A stretch of DNA of 64,000 nt, from NCBI GenBank assembly GCA_976226885.1, contig OZ320315.1, forward strand, positions 97,278,001 through 97,342,000, in the 5' to 3' direction. The stretch is from Iphione sp. A-MEVVRFRX5 (taxonomy: Eukaryota). The notes beneath the pieces are model-generated. The model made no database searches. It was not told the origin of the DNA and worked only from the letters and a program-made list of their open reading frames with translations. Positions 10,668 to 22,957 of the stretch are shown piece after piece; position 1 is the stretch's first letter, and each line of letters starts with the position of its first letter. Both the position numbers and the translations under genes were made by a program.

Positions 10668-11675
10668 TCAATTACGAGACAGTGAGTTGACTAGAGTAGC
10701 GGCAACCTGGGCCGCATTTTGTGCTACTATATATTGCTGGTATGCATTCGATGACCACCCGCCAAATTGCTGAACATGATGATGTTGACATCCCTTAATG
10801 ACAGCGTTAGTTGCACCCCATCTGCGTAGGCTATGCAATGTTAGGTGAGATGCTGGGATGCCAGCATAGGCAGCTGCAGCCCTAAATTGCTCAGTGAGCC
10901 AATGCGTTGTTACAGGCTGATTCGATATCGGATGAACCAGTAGAGGCTGGTCAGGAGACTTAGTCAGAACACTATCACACATCTGGCGAAACGCCTGCAC
11001 TGGGCATAACAACTGAATATCACTACTTGGAATGACGATACATCTAGATCGGTTATATTCTTGCATATTTTTGGCCCATTTTGAATCATTACAAGCTCCC
11101 CTCCCCTAATGAAGATGTCCTTCCTACAAGGGTACGGTACGCGTACGGTCAAACGCGCAAGCAGCATGTGGCGCAACCTCAGACTGCCTGAGTGCTGCAT
11201 AATAAATAAGGAGCAGGGCAAACTTTAGAACAGCTGACACTGGTCGAGTGACGGTCGCCTCGCTGATGTTCCTCAGCTGCGCTTTGGAGATGGGATTACG
11301 CTGCATGGGCTTGTGCGGCTTTTCTCATCTGATGGCATCTCGTAGTAGTCCGACCTCCCTGGTTCGAAACGGTGCCACGTCAGCGCCCCGGTCCAGGAGG
11401 AACTGCGTGACGCCCCCTAATATGTTGAATATTGTCCCGGGCGATCTCACATGGTGATGAAGATACGCTACGAAGGCTGCCACAATGGTAGACGTAGGCG
11501 AAAGGGGGTATATGCCAAAATACCCACAAAAGGCGATGTACAGGGCCGCTGCACTACGCCTATTGGCCATTGTGCCGGGCGCCCTCGCTCTAGTGACGAG
11601 ATGGTTGGCACCATGGATCAATGATGCAAACGCGGGGCCTGGTTGAGGGAAGAAACAAACCAGAGAGTCAGGCAT
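10668..11675 (-). pseudogene. Tyrosine recombinase of Ngaro copy 2 (three frameshifted pieces)
   Basis: APGTMANRRSA...FCGYFG (core-binding domain), YYAALRQSE (Arg I), and TLHSLRRWGAT...FGGWSSNAYQQY (HxxR, H/W, Tyr). Confidence 0.92.
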
Positions 11676-11941
11676 AAGGACTACCCCGAAGCCAGGGGCG
11701 AACCTTTAAAATGTTAGAAGCATGCACATGTCTCAACAAAACGGGCACTGTCGTGACTGCTTGTTGCCCTAGACATCGCGTCAGCTACAGTCATCTGTGC
11801 CCCGGGGATGTGCCTATATACAATGTCCACCTCACAACGTGCCTGGTGAAACCAAATGTCCCTGGCGGCAGACAAAATGGCCGGATCCCTACCGCGGCCT
11901 GAACAAAAGACATTGATCGCAGCTTGATTGTCGCAACAGAC

Positions 11942-13400
11942 CTAAATGATGGACCCTCTGTCTGCTGTGGTGACGAAGGTACGGACTGCAAGGGCGGCGT
12001 TGAGGGCTTCTATCTGTGAGATGTGCTTGGAGAGAAAGTTAATAGGCAATTCACAAGCATAGTACCCACGAGCGTCGGTCCCTCCCACTCCCTGCAGACA
12101 GGCATCAACCTCTATCCGTCTGTCGACAGTTTTGGTGGCAATGACCGCCACGCCATTCCAACTAGGCAAGTACCTTCGAAACCAATCGAGATCGGCTCGC
12201 ATGGCAGTGTTCACCCTCACATACCTGGCTCTGGCTTCTCGTAGACAGGTGAGTATCCTCCCCACGAATAACCTAGCCGGTTTGACGCACTTGGCGACAT
12301 ACAGCAATCGTCCGAGGAGGCTCTGGACCTGTCTCTTGGTTAGGGCCTTCTTCCGATATGCTGCCTCAACTTCACGGAGCGCTTCTTTCACCTTGGCATC
12401 TGGAATGGAGAGGGTCATGTCATGCCTGTCAATGTCCACCCCTAGCCATGTGATTCGGGACGCCGGTAGCTGGGTCTTTTTGAGGGCTTCCGGCAATCTT
12501 AATTCCACCAAGAGCTCCCTAGTAGTTCTGAACGCCTCCCATGCATGCACCTCACTCGGGGCAACCACCACCAAATCGTCTAGATACATGACAGCATTGA
12601 CGTTCTTCTTTGCCAAGATGTCCACGATAGCATTGGCTACCTCCTGCATGTGGCAGGACGACACCCTGGCACCAAACGGCATCGATGTGTCAAGGTAAGT
12701 GTCGCCCTGCCACCGAAACAGCAGGAGGGGCCAGTCGAGAGGACATGATCTAAAGTTCTTATATGCCCTCTCGATGTCTACCGTGAACATATATGCCTCC
12801 GTTCCGACCTGCTTTAGCTTTTGGGTTAGTGTTTGCATAGTTGGGAGGGTATGTGTCTGGGTCTCCCCAAAAATGGCGTTTTTCCCAATGAAGGCATTGA
12901 CTGATAGTTGCGGAGGGTACGAGAGGTCTGTGATTATGCGGCGAGCCCCAGGATCCTTTTTAGGTCAGGTCATCAGTGGCGAAATGTGAGCCCACTGGTG
13001 AAAGGGAGTGGCTACAAAGGGTCCATGGATAGCACTATGGTGAAGTTCTTTCTCGATAAATGCTTCGACATGGGCCGGGTATTGTTGGGCAGAGGGGTGA
13101 TTATCAATGTCTCTCGTATCAGAGATAGGGCCCATATACCCGAGGGGAAAACCGAATTCCAAAAAGGCAAGCAATCTATGATACTTAGGGTCATGTTGTA
13201 AATATTGACACCAGGCTGGAATATTAAGATCAGATTGCAATGGAATACGAGCTCCCTGAGCGTTCGGCCTACCAGTATGCTTAACAGTAGCATAAACCTG
13301 TGTGAGATGAGAACCCAACTCTGCCTGGTCCGGGTCAGGCCACATGTGCCTCCTGTGTTGTTGTAACCTGCAGATATCACTATCGTCTAGGTAGGATGAG
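11942..13400 (-). pseudogene. RT-RNase H of Ngaro copy 2
   Basis: GFPLGY...DNHPSA...WAHISPLMT, then DIERAYKNF..CPLDWPLL, MPFGAR, YLDD, TWLGVDID, and RNase H EVDACLQGVGG...HISQIEALN. Confidence 0.95.
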
Positions 13401-13538
13401 CTACCTTGTGCGCATTGACGACGAATACTTTCAAAGTCAATAGGTGTATCAGTAACCTTTGGGGTCGAGAGGTGGACATCTACCCCGTCTAGTCGTTTTT
13501 TGGCGCATGGTGGTGTTGGATGTGCCCTCTGTTGAAGG

Positions 13539-15068
13539 TCAGCTGATGGTGTTGGGTCCACTGAGATGGCTGCTTTTCGTCTGCGGATGTTGCTGGATAG
13601 GCTGCTGCTGCTGGGCGGGTCCCAGTGCCTTTGCCCTCTTGCCACACACGCTAAGAGAATGTGCGTTCCTGGAGGATGTGAGCGCAAGACAGTATGCGCA
13701 CACGTGCAACAGCTTAACATCGTCACCTGCCATGTGGTCGGCTTTGGCGTCACATGTACCGGATCCAAATGCTGGACAGGGCACCTCACTGATCATTGAC
13801 GGGGCCTTGGGGGCCATACTGAGGCGCATGCGTTCAAACTGGATGTTATACTGATGTTGCCAAGTGAGCTCCCCCCTCTCAATCTTATCGAATACATGGT
13901 TGGACCAATGCCTAACGGATTCCCAGGTACGGTTTTGGGCGTCCTGGGCTATCTCTTTGATATGTTGCAAGAGGTATGGGAAATCAGCTTGAGATGTTGA
14001 GTTAACATCAGTCAATAGGGCCAAAATGGCCGGCATAAACTCGTGGTATGTAAGAGTGTCTTTAGCCAAATTTTTGTCCCTGATAGACAAACATCCTTGT
14101 CTATCTAAGTACATGCATGGTTTCACGATAAGCTGTCTGATTCTAATGTCGTGATTACCTTTTGACTGGTCTGCAGCCAACCAGGGGGCTGCCGAGTCGA
14201 GATAGGTGTCGACAAAGGATTGGACCGCTGGCATGCAACGAAGCTGAGCTGGCGGTGGAGGCTGCGACTGGAGCAGAGGCTGACCATTAGCTATGGGCGC
14301 TATGTTCGGGACAGGGAACTGGACTGGTGGTTGTGACAGCTGTGGAGGGACCTGCGGCATGTGGTGGTTGTATAATGGCTGCGGAGCCGCCGGTGTCATG
14401 GTGGCCTGAGCGGCTGGCTGCTGAGAATGCTGGGGTACTTGCGGTGACTGGGGTGAGACACGTTGCTGCTCAATTGTATGGGGCGCCCCGGTAGGCTGAC
14501 TGCTGAATAACAGATGACAAATGTAAGACATGGTCTTTAAGAGAGTTCAACTCACCAAGGACGCCTCAATATGGTCGAGCCTTATCTGTACTGAGCCAGC
14601 TGAGTTTCGGCGACGACGAGGTGGCTGTTCGTTGTCCGGGTTGTCCGGGTTGCCCGTCGTATTTTGTTGCCCGTTCGCCTGAGTGTTGCCATTATGGCCC
14701 GTCGGTGGCTGTACGCTGGGCTGTGTGGTGACCTGAACTGGCTGAACCGGTTCCGCAGGTTGTGTCGGTTGGTCCATGTCAGGTGTAGTAGTATTGTTGC
14801 CTTCGTCGGGTGTGCTGTTATTACTCCTCGTGTTTCTGCGGGTCATAGCAAGGGGCTGCTTGTCTGGGTGATTGGAGAATGGTGGAAGAGACTGTGGGGT
14901 GGAACGTCTATACTCTGCTGAAGCAGTCCTGTGGCAGTCATTTGTTCTTGTGGCAGCCGTTTTGCGTTTCACTCCGGAGTAGTCAGTGGAAACGTTTCCA
15001 TATGGCCACTCAAGGAGGGTTGTGGTGTTGATACAAGCAGTGTGTTCATAACAGCATCCACATAACAA
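13539..15068 (-). CDS. gag-like ORF(s) of Ngaro copy 2: Q/P-rich N-terminus, helical core and Cys/His knuckle
   Basis: ORF 13539..14531 lies upstream of and overlapping the RT frame. Its core HIKEIAQDAQNRTWESVRHWS...GELTW and CP..GTC...H...HVCAYC...H...C are shared with the gags at 7152, 17197 and 33918. Confidence 0.75.
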
Positions 15069-15524
15069 GCTGCCGAGTCACTTGAACAGTCTAATACCAG
15101 GCTGTTTCCGGCCTCCTCAGTCTTATCGTCCATTGTCTCAGGTGCTACGAGACAAAGGTTGATTCAGGGAAAGATGGCGTAATTGGTGTGCTGATCGTGT
15201 CTATTCCTTGTTCTGAACTTAATATGTAGTTTTTACTAGCGTAGCATTATTGTTGTGCTCGATGTTAATGGATTTGTTTGCTACCCCAGCCGCGACACGT
15301 TCGTTCACCTCAAGGCCATGCTTGTCATGCAGCCGGTTTACCCAGTCTTGTAGCAGCTAATATGCAATCTGAGCTAAATTCAGGATCTACCTCTTTAATT
15401 AGCTCAGTTACTGTGTCCCATGTTCCTTCAAATTTTCGACAATAAGATTTTCTTTACATGAGTCTAATTCCATTATCCCCATATTTTTGCTGCTAGAAGT
15501 CGGTCGAGCCTGGGATCTGAAGGA

Positions 15525-18186
15525 TCAAAACATTGTGACCTTTTGTATTTGGAAAACTGAAGGGATTACAGATGAGAGGTATGGATTATCTTCAAGGAAC
15601 CTCCTAACTATAGAATAGAATTTTGAGGATAAATAGTGCCTTGAGAGGGCATCAGCATAAACGAGATGTTTACCAGGCATATGAGAGTAAATGACATTGA
15701 GATCATAGTTAGCCTGGTGAAACCATATACTACGCGAAATGGATAGGAGGGTCGGACCTCTGGCTCTCCCACTAATAAAGGTGGAGACTCCTACCAATTT
15801 ATTACAATACAATTTTACCGAGGATCCCCTGGGTAGTGACTGTGTAAAAACTCTTATAGCAAGAGCAGCATTAGCTGCCTCCAGCAAGTTAATATGGAAT
15901 GATGCCCATTCACTAGGGATTGGAATTGAGTAATAGTGGCTACCAGAGTATGTGCCCAGCCCAACCGATGAAGCATCACAGTAGATAGTCATTTGGACAC
16001 GAGCGGATTTAATAATGGAAGCACCATTAGCTTGGCTTAAATACTTGATAAACCATCTTAGATCTGCCCGGGCTGGGTCAGTGATTTGGGTCAGTGAAGA
16101 GGATTACCATCTGCTGTCTACCTCCTGTATTCATTTAGTAGGCAGCCGACAAACAGTCTTGCCGGTTTAGTAGTTTTGGAAATAAAATTAATCAGTCCGA
16201 GAACCACCTGGATATCTCGGAATGGAACACTGGATTTTTGTATCAACAACTTAATCACACTCAGGGTCTTAAGTATCTTTGACATAGGGATAGACATAAC
16301 ATAATTCTGGCAATCAAACTTCACCCCCAACCAAACTTGGTTGGCGGGAAACATTTCTTTTGAGCAACAAAGAGGCCCAAATCATTGATATATTCACATG
16401 CAAAATCATAAGTGATCTGGGCATAGGCAATGTCATTAGCAATAAATACATAATCATCAAGATAGGGTAAATCCATGAGGCGATTGATTTTATTACAAAT
16501 TGTGGCAACAATGCACTCCAAAACTGTTTGAAGAAAAAGGGAACTATATCTAGTCCCAAAGGGCAAACGACAGTCAAAGTAGTAGAGGCCGCGAAGACAA
16601 ATACCCAGTAGTGGCCAGTCTAATGGGTTGACTACAAAGTTCCTGTAAGCCCTAGACAAATCGAGGGCGAATAGGTAGGGGTCTCTTACATGTTGAAGTG
16701 CTTGAACTAGGTTCTCAGTTGTAGGTAATGAAAGATCAACAGTGGAGCCGTAATAGGAATGGGTTGGAATATAGGAATTTACAGAGCGTGAGGTGACAGG
16801 GCTAATCATGAAGGTAGAAAAGGGTTGGAGGGTGTATGGGCCAGCCAGAGCATTAAGGGAGGACTCTTTTGTGACATATTTGTCAAAATGGGCAAGGTGT
16901 TCAGGGTCGAAAGAATACGGTGTATAATTCTCAACGGAAGGAGGGGTTGGAGCCTGGAAGCCTTAGGGGAATCCATACTGCAAATACTGAATGAGATAAT
17001 CAGTATGGGCAAGGGGGTCGAGCATCTTAACCAAATTCTGAATAACTAACTGAGATGGGAGGGCAATCTTTGCCTCCAGGAAGTTGGGCCTCCCTGTGGC
17101 CCTAACAGCTGAATAAATGTCTCTGTATGGTTGGTTCAGTGAAGCTGAGGGGACCGGCCACTGTACCAGTCTAGCTGGGGTGAGTCTGTCAATGTCTTAC
17201 GGAAGTGTGGCCAGGAACTGTATATTCTGCATGGATGAGGAGATATACGGGTTGTTGTACTCGTCATGCCAGGTATGCCAGGTTCTTGGGCTGGGTCGAG
17301 TACTGCTGCTTCTGCCATGGTGTCGACGGCTGGGCAGAGAGCTGCTTCCGTGTCCTGCAAGTGTCGGGCTTGTGGTCCAAGACCTTAGAATGGGTGTAAA
17401 AACAAATTGGGCAACCATGAATACATGACCTATGTCATGTGGGGCCTGAAGCTTACACTTGGCAGAGTACCACTCAGGGCATACCACTACATTGTCTTTA
17501 GGCTTGACAGATGCCCCAGTGTGATAGTATGCATGCAGGGCCCTAACCTTAAATTGTTCTATGCGCTGTGTGTCGTTGAGGGTCACCCTTGAGAAATTAA
17601 ATGCCTCCCATAGCTCTCCGACCCAATCGTTGAGTGGAGCCCATGGTACATGATGTGCCTCATCTGTTAAGTCCTTCATGTGCTCTATGAGGGCCAGCTT
17701 ATCGCCAGAGCCTGGCGCCTTGTCATCAGTGATCATGTGTAGACATCCATTCAGGTATTGAAAAACACTAATTGTGTATAGGTCTGGGTTGTCACGACCT
17801 CGTTTATACACATACACTGCAGGTGAATAAGTGTTTTTCCTACCTTTATTGGGGAGAGAGTCATTGCATGCACCTTCCAATATTTCTTTCATCGTATCAC
17901 GAGCCAAGCCTCGAAGTTCATCGGGACTGGGCATATTGTGGTGGTCGTCGTCCTGGTCGTTTTCTCCCCCTGAGTCGTTGTCGGCAGGGTCAAACGGTTT
18001 GGCCTCATGTGTACCTTTGCGGTGTTGCGACCTGGTAAGGACACCCATTATTTGAGGAGGGCTCTTGTCCTTACCCTTCTTTGCATCTCTCTCCATCTTG
18101 TCGATCCTTGAATTCATGGATTTCACCTCGGTTGATAGGTCTTTAAAGGCGCCCAACAGTTCCGTGAATTTTTCATCGGTCAACAT
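15525..18186 (-). mobile_element. Ngaro/DIRS-group copy 3 (gag, RT, RNase H; YR missing)
   Basis: gag 17197..18186. RT DLSRAYRNF..NPLDWPLL, LPFG and YLDD (16321..16809), WLGVKFD (16118..16354). RNase H IYCDASSVGLG...HINLLEA...ADALSR (15525..15992). Confidence 0.9.
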
Positions 18187-18192
18187 CGTGGT

Positions 18193-19037
18193 TCAACGCG
18201 TCCGTTTTCGGCCACAGTTGTTGTCTGAATGCGTGGGCTCACGCCAACTACAACGACACCTGTTATACCAGTGGGATACCACACTACCGCCATCTGGCTT
18301 TACTTCACCTATGCCCATATTTTTCCTCAATGAATCATTTTGTTGTTCGAGGTAGTAGATCCTGGAATTAAGTACCTGACGCGCACGCACACCTTCCTCA
18401 AATTTGCTTTTCATACCCTCCTTCCAAATATTGTTCTCAGAGGACAGTTTATTCATCGATTCAACCAGTGACCCAGCCTTTTCTTCAATCGAAGTCACAC
18501 TTTTCTCTAGAGCCCTCAGCTTCTGATTATTTGATTTGTATTCTTTACGTTGTTGTTGGACATCAAGGAGAGTTGTTTATCTCTGTCTGAGATTGAAATA
18601 GTATAGCCTGTCGTAGATCTAGGTTGTGCAAATCTTCCTCCGAATACTCTTTGCCTTTATAGGGACTAGGCAATATTAGTGCTGATATCCGTAATAATTA
18701 CATTTGAGTTATTAGGTGTGTTCGACATACCTGTTATGTCTGACGATGGGTCTACCAAGGTTGCTTTTGGTGATTGTGGATCAAGACCAGCAATTTGCTC
18801 TGGTGTAAGCATAAGACGTGGTGTCAGAGGTACAACTACACCTACGCCTTCCTCGATCCCCGTTGAAGTATTGCCCGCACTGGCTGGTGTAGACAGAAAT
18901 TCCTGAATATTGGAGTTATTGGGATGTTTCCCAACGTCAGCATTTGATGTTTCAGCTTTCTGCTGCTTATCGGATCGTGTTGTCATGTTGTGAGTTCCCT
19001 GTCTTCCTTTAAATGGCCTTTTTTTACAATTCTTCAC
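18193..19037 (-). pseudogene. Probable LINE ORF1 N-terminal remnant (low-complexity region + coiled coil)
   Basis: MTTRSDKQ... low-complexity start (18666..19037) and a heptad-like stretch ending YYLEQQNDSLRKN (18193..18498), similar in style to the other ORF1 starts. Confidence 0.45.
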
Positions 19038-19068
19038 CTACCACCAATATTGGTCCCTGCCCATAGTA

Positions 19069-19500
19069 TTATATACAGGGGCAATGGCTGAACTCATAAT
19101 CAACTACCTTTCGTGCGATTTGCCTCAATTCCAAACCTGGATAGGCCTCAACGGTTACATGTATCCCATATTGTAATAGGTCATGCTGTAGCAATTTCCC
19201 ATGTGAATCAGTGAAGAAAAACACATCGGGTGGGCAGATGGGCCCATTAATTAAGTTTTTCTCTGTCTGTGTGTCGGCAACACCAATGGTTTCCGAATCG
19301 AGACCTGATACTGGTTGCTCCGTTCTCACTACTGTCTGAGGTTTTACTGCTGCCTTCCCTCTCAATCTTGATCTAGGCTTGCTAGTAGGTCTGATTCGTG
19401 GGGGTGCTTGGGCGGTCTCCGCTCCGAGACTTGACCTGACCTCACACAGTATGTCCCCTGACTAGTTGTTACCTGTATATATGTACCTTTACTAATCAGG
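19069..19500 (-). pseudogene. NADAR C-terminal motif + linker + SGNH N-terminus (LINE copy H fragment)
   Basis: TGNN*SGDILCEVRSSL near 19475-19425 continues in frame into ORF 19069..19365. That ORF contains CPPDVFFFTDSHG...YPGL, homologous to CPPDVYFFTDSHG at 9190. Confidence 0.75.
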
Positions 19501-19744
19501 TCTGACCTTAGTGTGGCCCAGCTCCCCAAGGACACTTCCACCAGTTTGAATTTGCCCGTTGCAGTTAGCTTTCCGTGTAGGATGGCATTCTGCGCAAATA
19601 TCGACCGAAACTTCTAACATGACAGGTCCCCTGTCTTCACTGAGTGTCTGCGAGCTAGACAGCGATTTGGTTTTGCGAGGCATTAGTGTTGGGTCATTGG
19701 TGCTCATCATGTCATTGTATACAGTGTTATTGTGAGTGAATGAG

Positions 19745-21560
19745 CATTTTTAAACCACGGTGGCCATCTTTTGTCTTCTTTAGGCCTATATGGCCAAGTG
19801 TGCGAATATAACATGTAATGTTACTTTTTGGATTAGTGTGTGGAGGTGTTAGACCACGACTGACTGAACCTGCCTGCGTTGTTGAAGCTGTGAAAAGATT
19901 ACATGATGAGGAGTCTGACAGGTGTACTGATGTATCATTGTTTTATTTTTATATATTGAATCAACGTGTATCATTGTTTTATTATTTTATATTGAATCAA
20001 CGTATATATACACTCAGAAATTAAATTAATGAGAGCTGATACATGGTAATACAATACATTTCATGTGACAATATTTGCAATTCAACTAGGACTTTCTTGC
20101 CATTTTTGACCAACACTACCTGGGTTACATAGTCAGGAACAAGCATGGTGAAAACATTACGGTTGACTAGAGCTCTGAATTCTTCCTGGGATAATTCAGT
20201 GCCAGTAGCAGTTGTCACAGGAACAATTGTGTTTTGTGGAGTGGGAATGGGAGAGGGGGGGTTTCGGAGGAGAATTGCTTGTGTTTGCATGAGATACGGT
20301 GTGATCAACATTGGGCATGAGAGAGGGTTGTTTGTGGGGAAGGGGTGAATCACTTATCTCTTGGAGATCAATGGAGGATCTTTTGTGGACATGAACAGCA
20401 TTCGACCTGTGACCACTTCTTGAGGTAATCGCTTGTACATCGAATTTGTCCTCATACAACCTTGTACAGCATGTCACTTTTCCACTGTGTCCTGTTGTGT
20501 TGCGTCCTTCCTTTGAGATTGCGGCCACCTGAAACATGTCTTTCATATAAGCACTCAGCTTGTTGATGCCTACATTTTGACTACTGAAAATAATGGTATT
20601 GTTGACATTAGGAAAAGGATGCTTATAAAATTGACCATTTCCAGGTATGGTATTAAGATTCTTCCTGAATAATTTGACAATGCATTGTGGGTTTGTGGGC
20701 TGAGCATAATGTTTGACAACACGAGGAGCAGCTTTACAGTTCAATATACCAGTGACGGTTTTTGCTAATCTACCATTATATTGTATGAATGTACAATGTA
20801 TGTCCATCTTGCTCTCTTCCAAAGGAATATTGATCCACCATAAGTGCTGTATGCTCGTCCTTCGCTCTAAACCCGAACACCTTACAGTTGTAAAAATAAG
20901 CCCCAAAAGAGAGTGCATGGGCATTTTGATCACCAATTGTCCCTGTTTCCAACAAGGTAGCTTTGCCATCAACAGTGACTGAGTCTGTATGCTGTGGCAT
21001 TGCCCCAATGCCCTCAGTGATCAGCACCTTGCAATGGGTGTCAAGGGCATCTCTGACCATCTTGAAATTGGGATCATCCTTCTTAAGCAACCAAATATTT
21101 GGTCCGTGAAGATGATCACACATGAACTTTTGCAAACTGGCCACTATATTTGTAGAAGGTGCCTGGTAATATAAAAATTTGAAAAATTGAGTGAATTTTG
21201 TGCCAAATGTGTAATTATTTTGTAGCAAAAATCAGGTTCTTGACATTGGTGTTTCTCAATTGCATGGATACAACCATAACATGAGATACACTACATATGA
21301 TCAATTTTAGCCTTACCTGGGGGGTAATCCTCATTGTCATTTTTCCTCATTTCTGTAACGAACCTGGCAAGCCAGTAATCCAATAATGGTAGAGAAAGAT
21401 GCGTCAGCTTTCCGAAAGATTTCAGCCAGTAGTCCTCCCCTCCCTCCTCAGCTAGACCAGAAACATAAGGTTTTGGCCCCCGAATCCTTTTTGATTTGTT
21501 CAATTTGATCGCCTAGGTAGTTAATCTTCATTATTAGGGGGGTTGGGAGAGGCCCCCCCC
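19745..21560 (-). mobile_element. Crypton DNA transposon copy 1 (DUF3504-type tyrosine recombinase, degenerate, intron 21163-21316)
   Basis: LDYWLARFVTEMRK.DNEDYPP, FYNCKVFGFRAKDEH, GHSGKVTCCTRLYE, SGHRSNAV and C-terminal VVLVKNGKKVLVEL. Confidence 0.88.
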
Positions 21561-21839
21561 TTCTTTTGAGTTTGTTCAAGGACATCTATGCGGGCTTTTT
21601 ATTTTGGCATTCTCACTTGTAAAGGGTAGTAATTTTTTCCTTTTGTTGGTGTAGATCTGTTAGTACCTCGTTCATCTTGGCATTGTTACCCTGACTAAAC
21701 GTTTTTTTTAATTATCTCAGAAATATGCTCGCTCAGAATGTCACATAATTGTTTGCAGCATATTGTGCATGTCTATTTTGATATCAGTGAACATACCTTG
21801 GACTACAAGAGAACTAGGCTCTTATTTTGCTCTTTGACT

Positions 21840-22950
21840 TAGTAGCTATAGTGATTTAAGTACATCGTCTTTGTCTGGGGATAGGCATGACGAGGAGTCC
21901 CTTGGATGACATTTTGAATTGAATTTCCCTGTGATTGTTTTGGCCAAACAGCCATTGAATTGCAAGTATTGTGAACAGTCTGTCTCTGTACCAAATGAGA
22001 ATTGTTCAACCATGAGATTGGCATGTTCGTAACGAGCACAAAATCCAAAGATTTTGCAGTTGTAAAAGTAACAACCGTATGAGAGAGATTGTACAGAGTG
22101 AACTCCGATGACTCCACTCTCCCATAATTCAGCATTGTCTTCGATGGACACTGGGTCAGCTCTGGTTGGTTGTGATCCAATGCCCTGAGCTATCAAAACC
22201 TTTCATTGAGCATCCAAAGCATCCCAAAATAGCTTTTTTGAGGAGCCCTATATCTGCTCTTCACAGAATGTCATGTACCTTTGAATGGAGGCAGTAATGT
22301 TGGTGAGAGTACCTGTAAAATATGCCAAAATGATCAGAATTTCTCATTTTGTTGTTTATAGTGTCCCCCTACCCATGCTGTAGTAAATAATGATAAATAA
22401 CATACCTGGGAGGTAATCTTCCTGATCTTTTTAGCGGATTTCAGTAACGAAACGTGCAAGCCAATAATCGAGTAGCTCCAATTTGGTGGTCGTTAGAGCA
22501 GGGACGGGCCAATTGCGATCCAAATGGGATTTACTGTGTCCATTCCTCCAGGTGCACCACTCCCTTTATATGTTATGTGCCCAGTTAGACGACTGTTGGG
22601 TATTCTTTGGAATACATGAGGCTATAATGGCCATAAACTAATCTTCAGATTGAACTATAGCAAATCTTGATGATGAATCATCTTGTTGTGTTGAATTTTG
22701 TGATTTTGTGAGAGTTTCGTCTGCCTGTGTACATAGATCCAGTTCTGTGTCGAAATTTGGGATATATAGAGATTTGCTCTTCCTTGGTTTGTACAGAGGG
22801 ACGGTTGAGCCCATGCTTCTCCTAGTTACTCTCCGTGGGGTTAGTGGGACAAGTTTTATGAATAAGTACCATGCCCTGAGTTCTGCCTCTTGATTACAAC
22901 CTCCAATTCCTAATTGCTTCCTAAAAGCCTTTGAGGATTTTTGACTGGAC
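21840..22950 (-). mobile_element. Crypton copy 2 (3'-truncated, intron 22313-22405)
   Basis: IPKNTQQSSNWA, LLDYWLARFVTEIR*KDQEDYLPG|TLTNITASIQRYM, and FYNCKIFGFCARYEHANL...GCLAKTITG. Confidence 0.88.
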
Positions 22951-22957
22951 CTCGGGC

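Noticed and set aside
10668-11675. Phage/integron integrase or prophage
   Set aside because: The YR lies directly downstream of gag and RT-RNase H with split direct repeats, which is the DIRS/Ngaro layout. There are no phage or bacterial genes, and spliceosomal introns occur nearby.
11942-12838. Retron, DGR or group II intron RT
   Set aside because: The RT is followed by RNase H with DIRS-type motifs. The other RTs are paired with APE endonucleases. I saw no msr/msd, TR/VR or maturase features.
10668-15068. DIRS1-type methyltransferase domain and inverted terminal repeats/ICR
   Set aside because: No MT motifs were seen after RNase H, and the terminal repeats are direct, favouring Ngaro-like over DIRS1-like. 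Classification needs an RT tree.
20021-21503. Host gene ZMYM2/3/4, QRICH1 or KCTD1
   Set aside because: It shares only the Crypton-derived DUF3504 region. There are no MYM zinc fingers or BTB domain, and there are five degenerate copies, one demonstrably inserted into a LINE.
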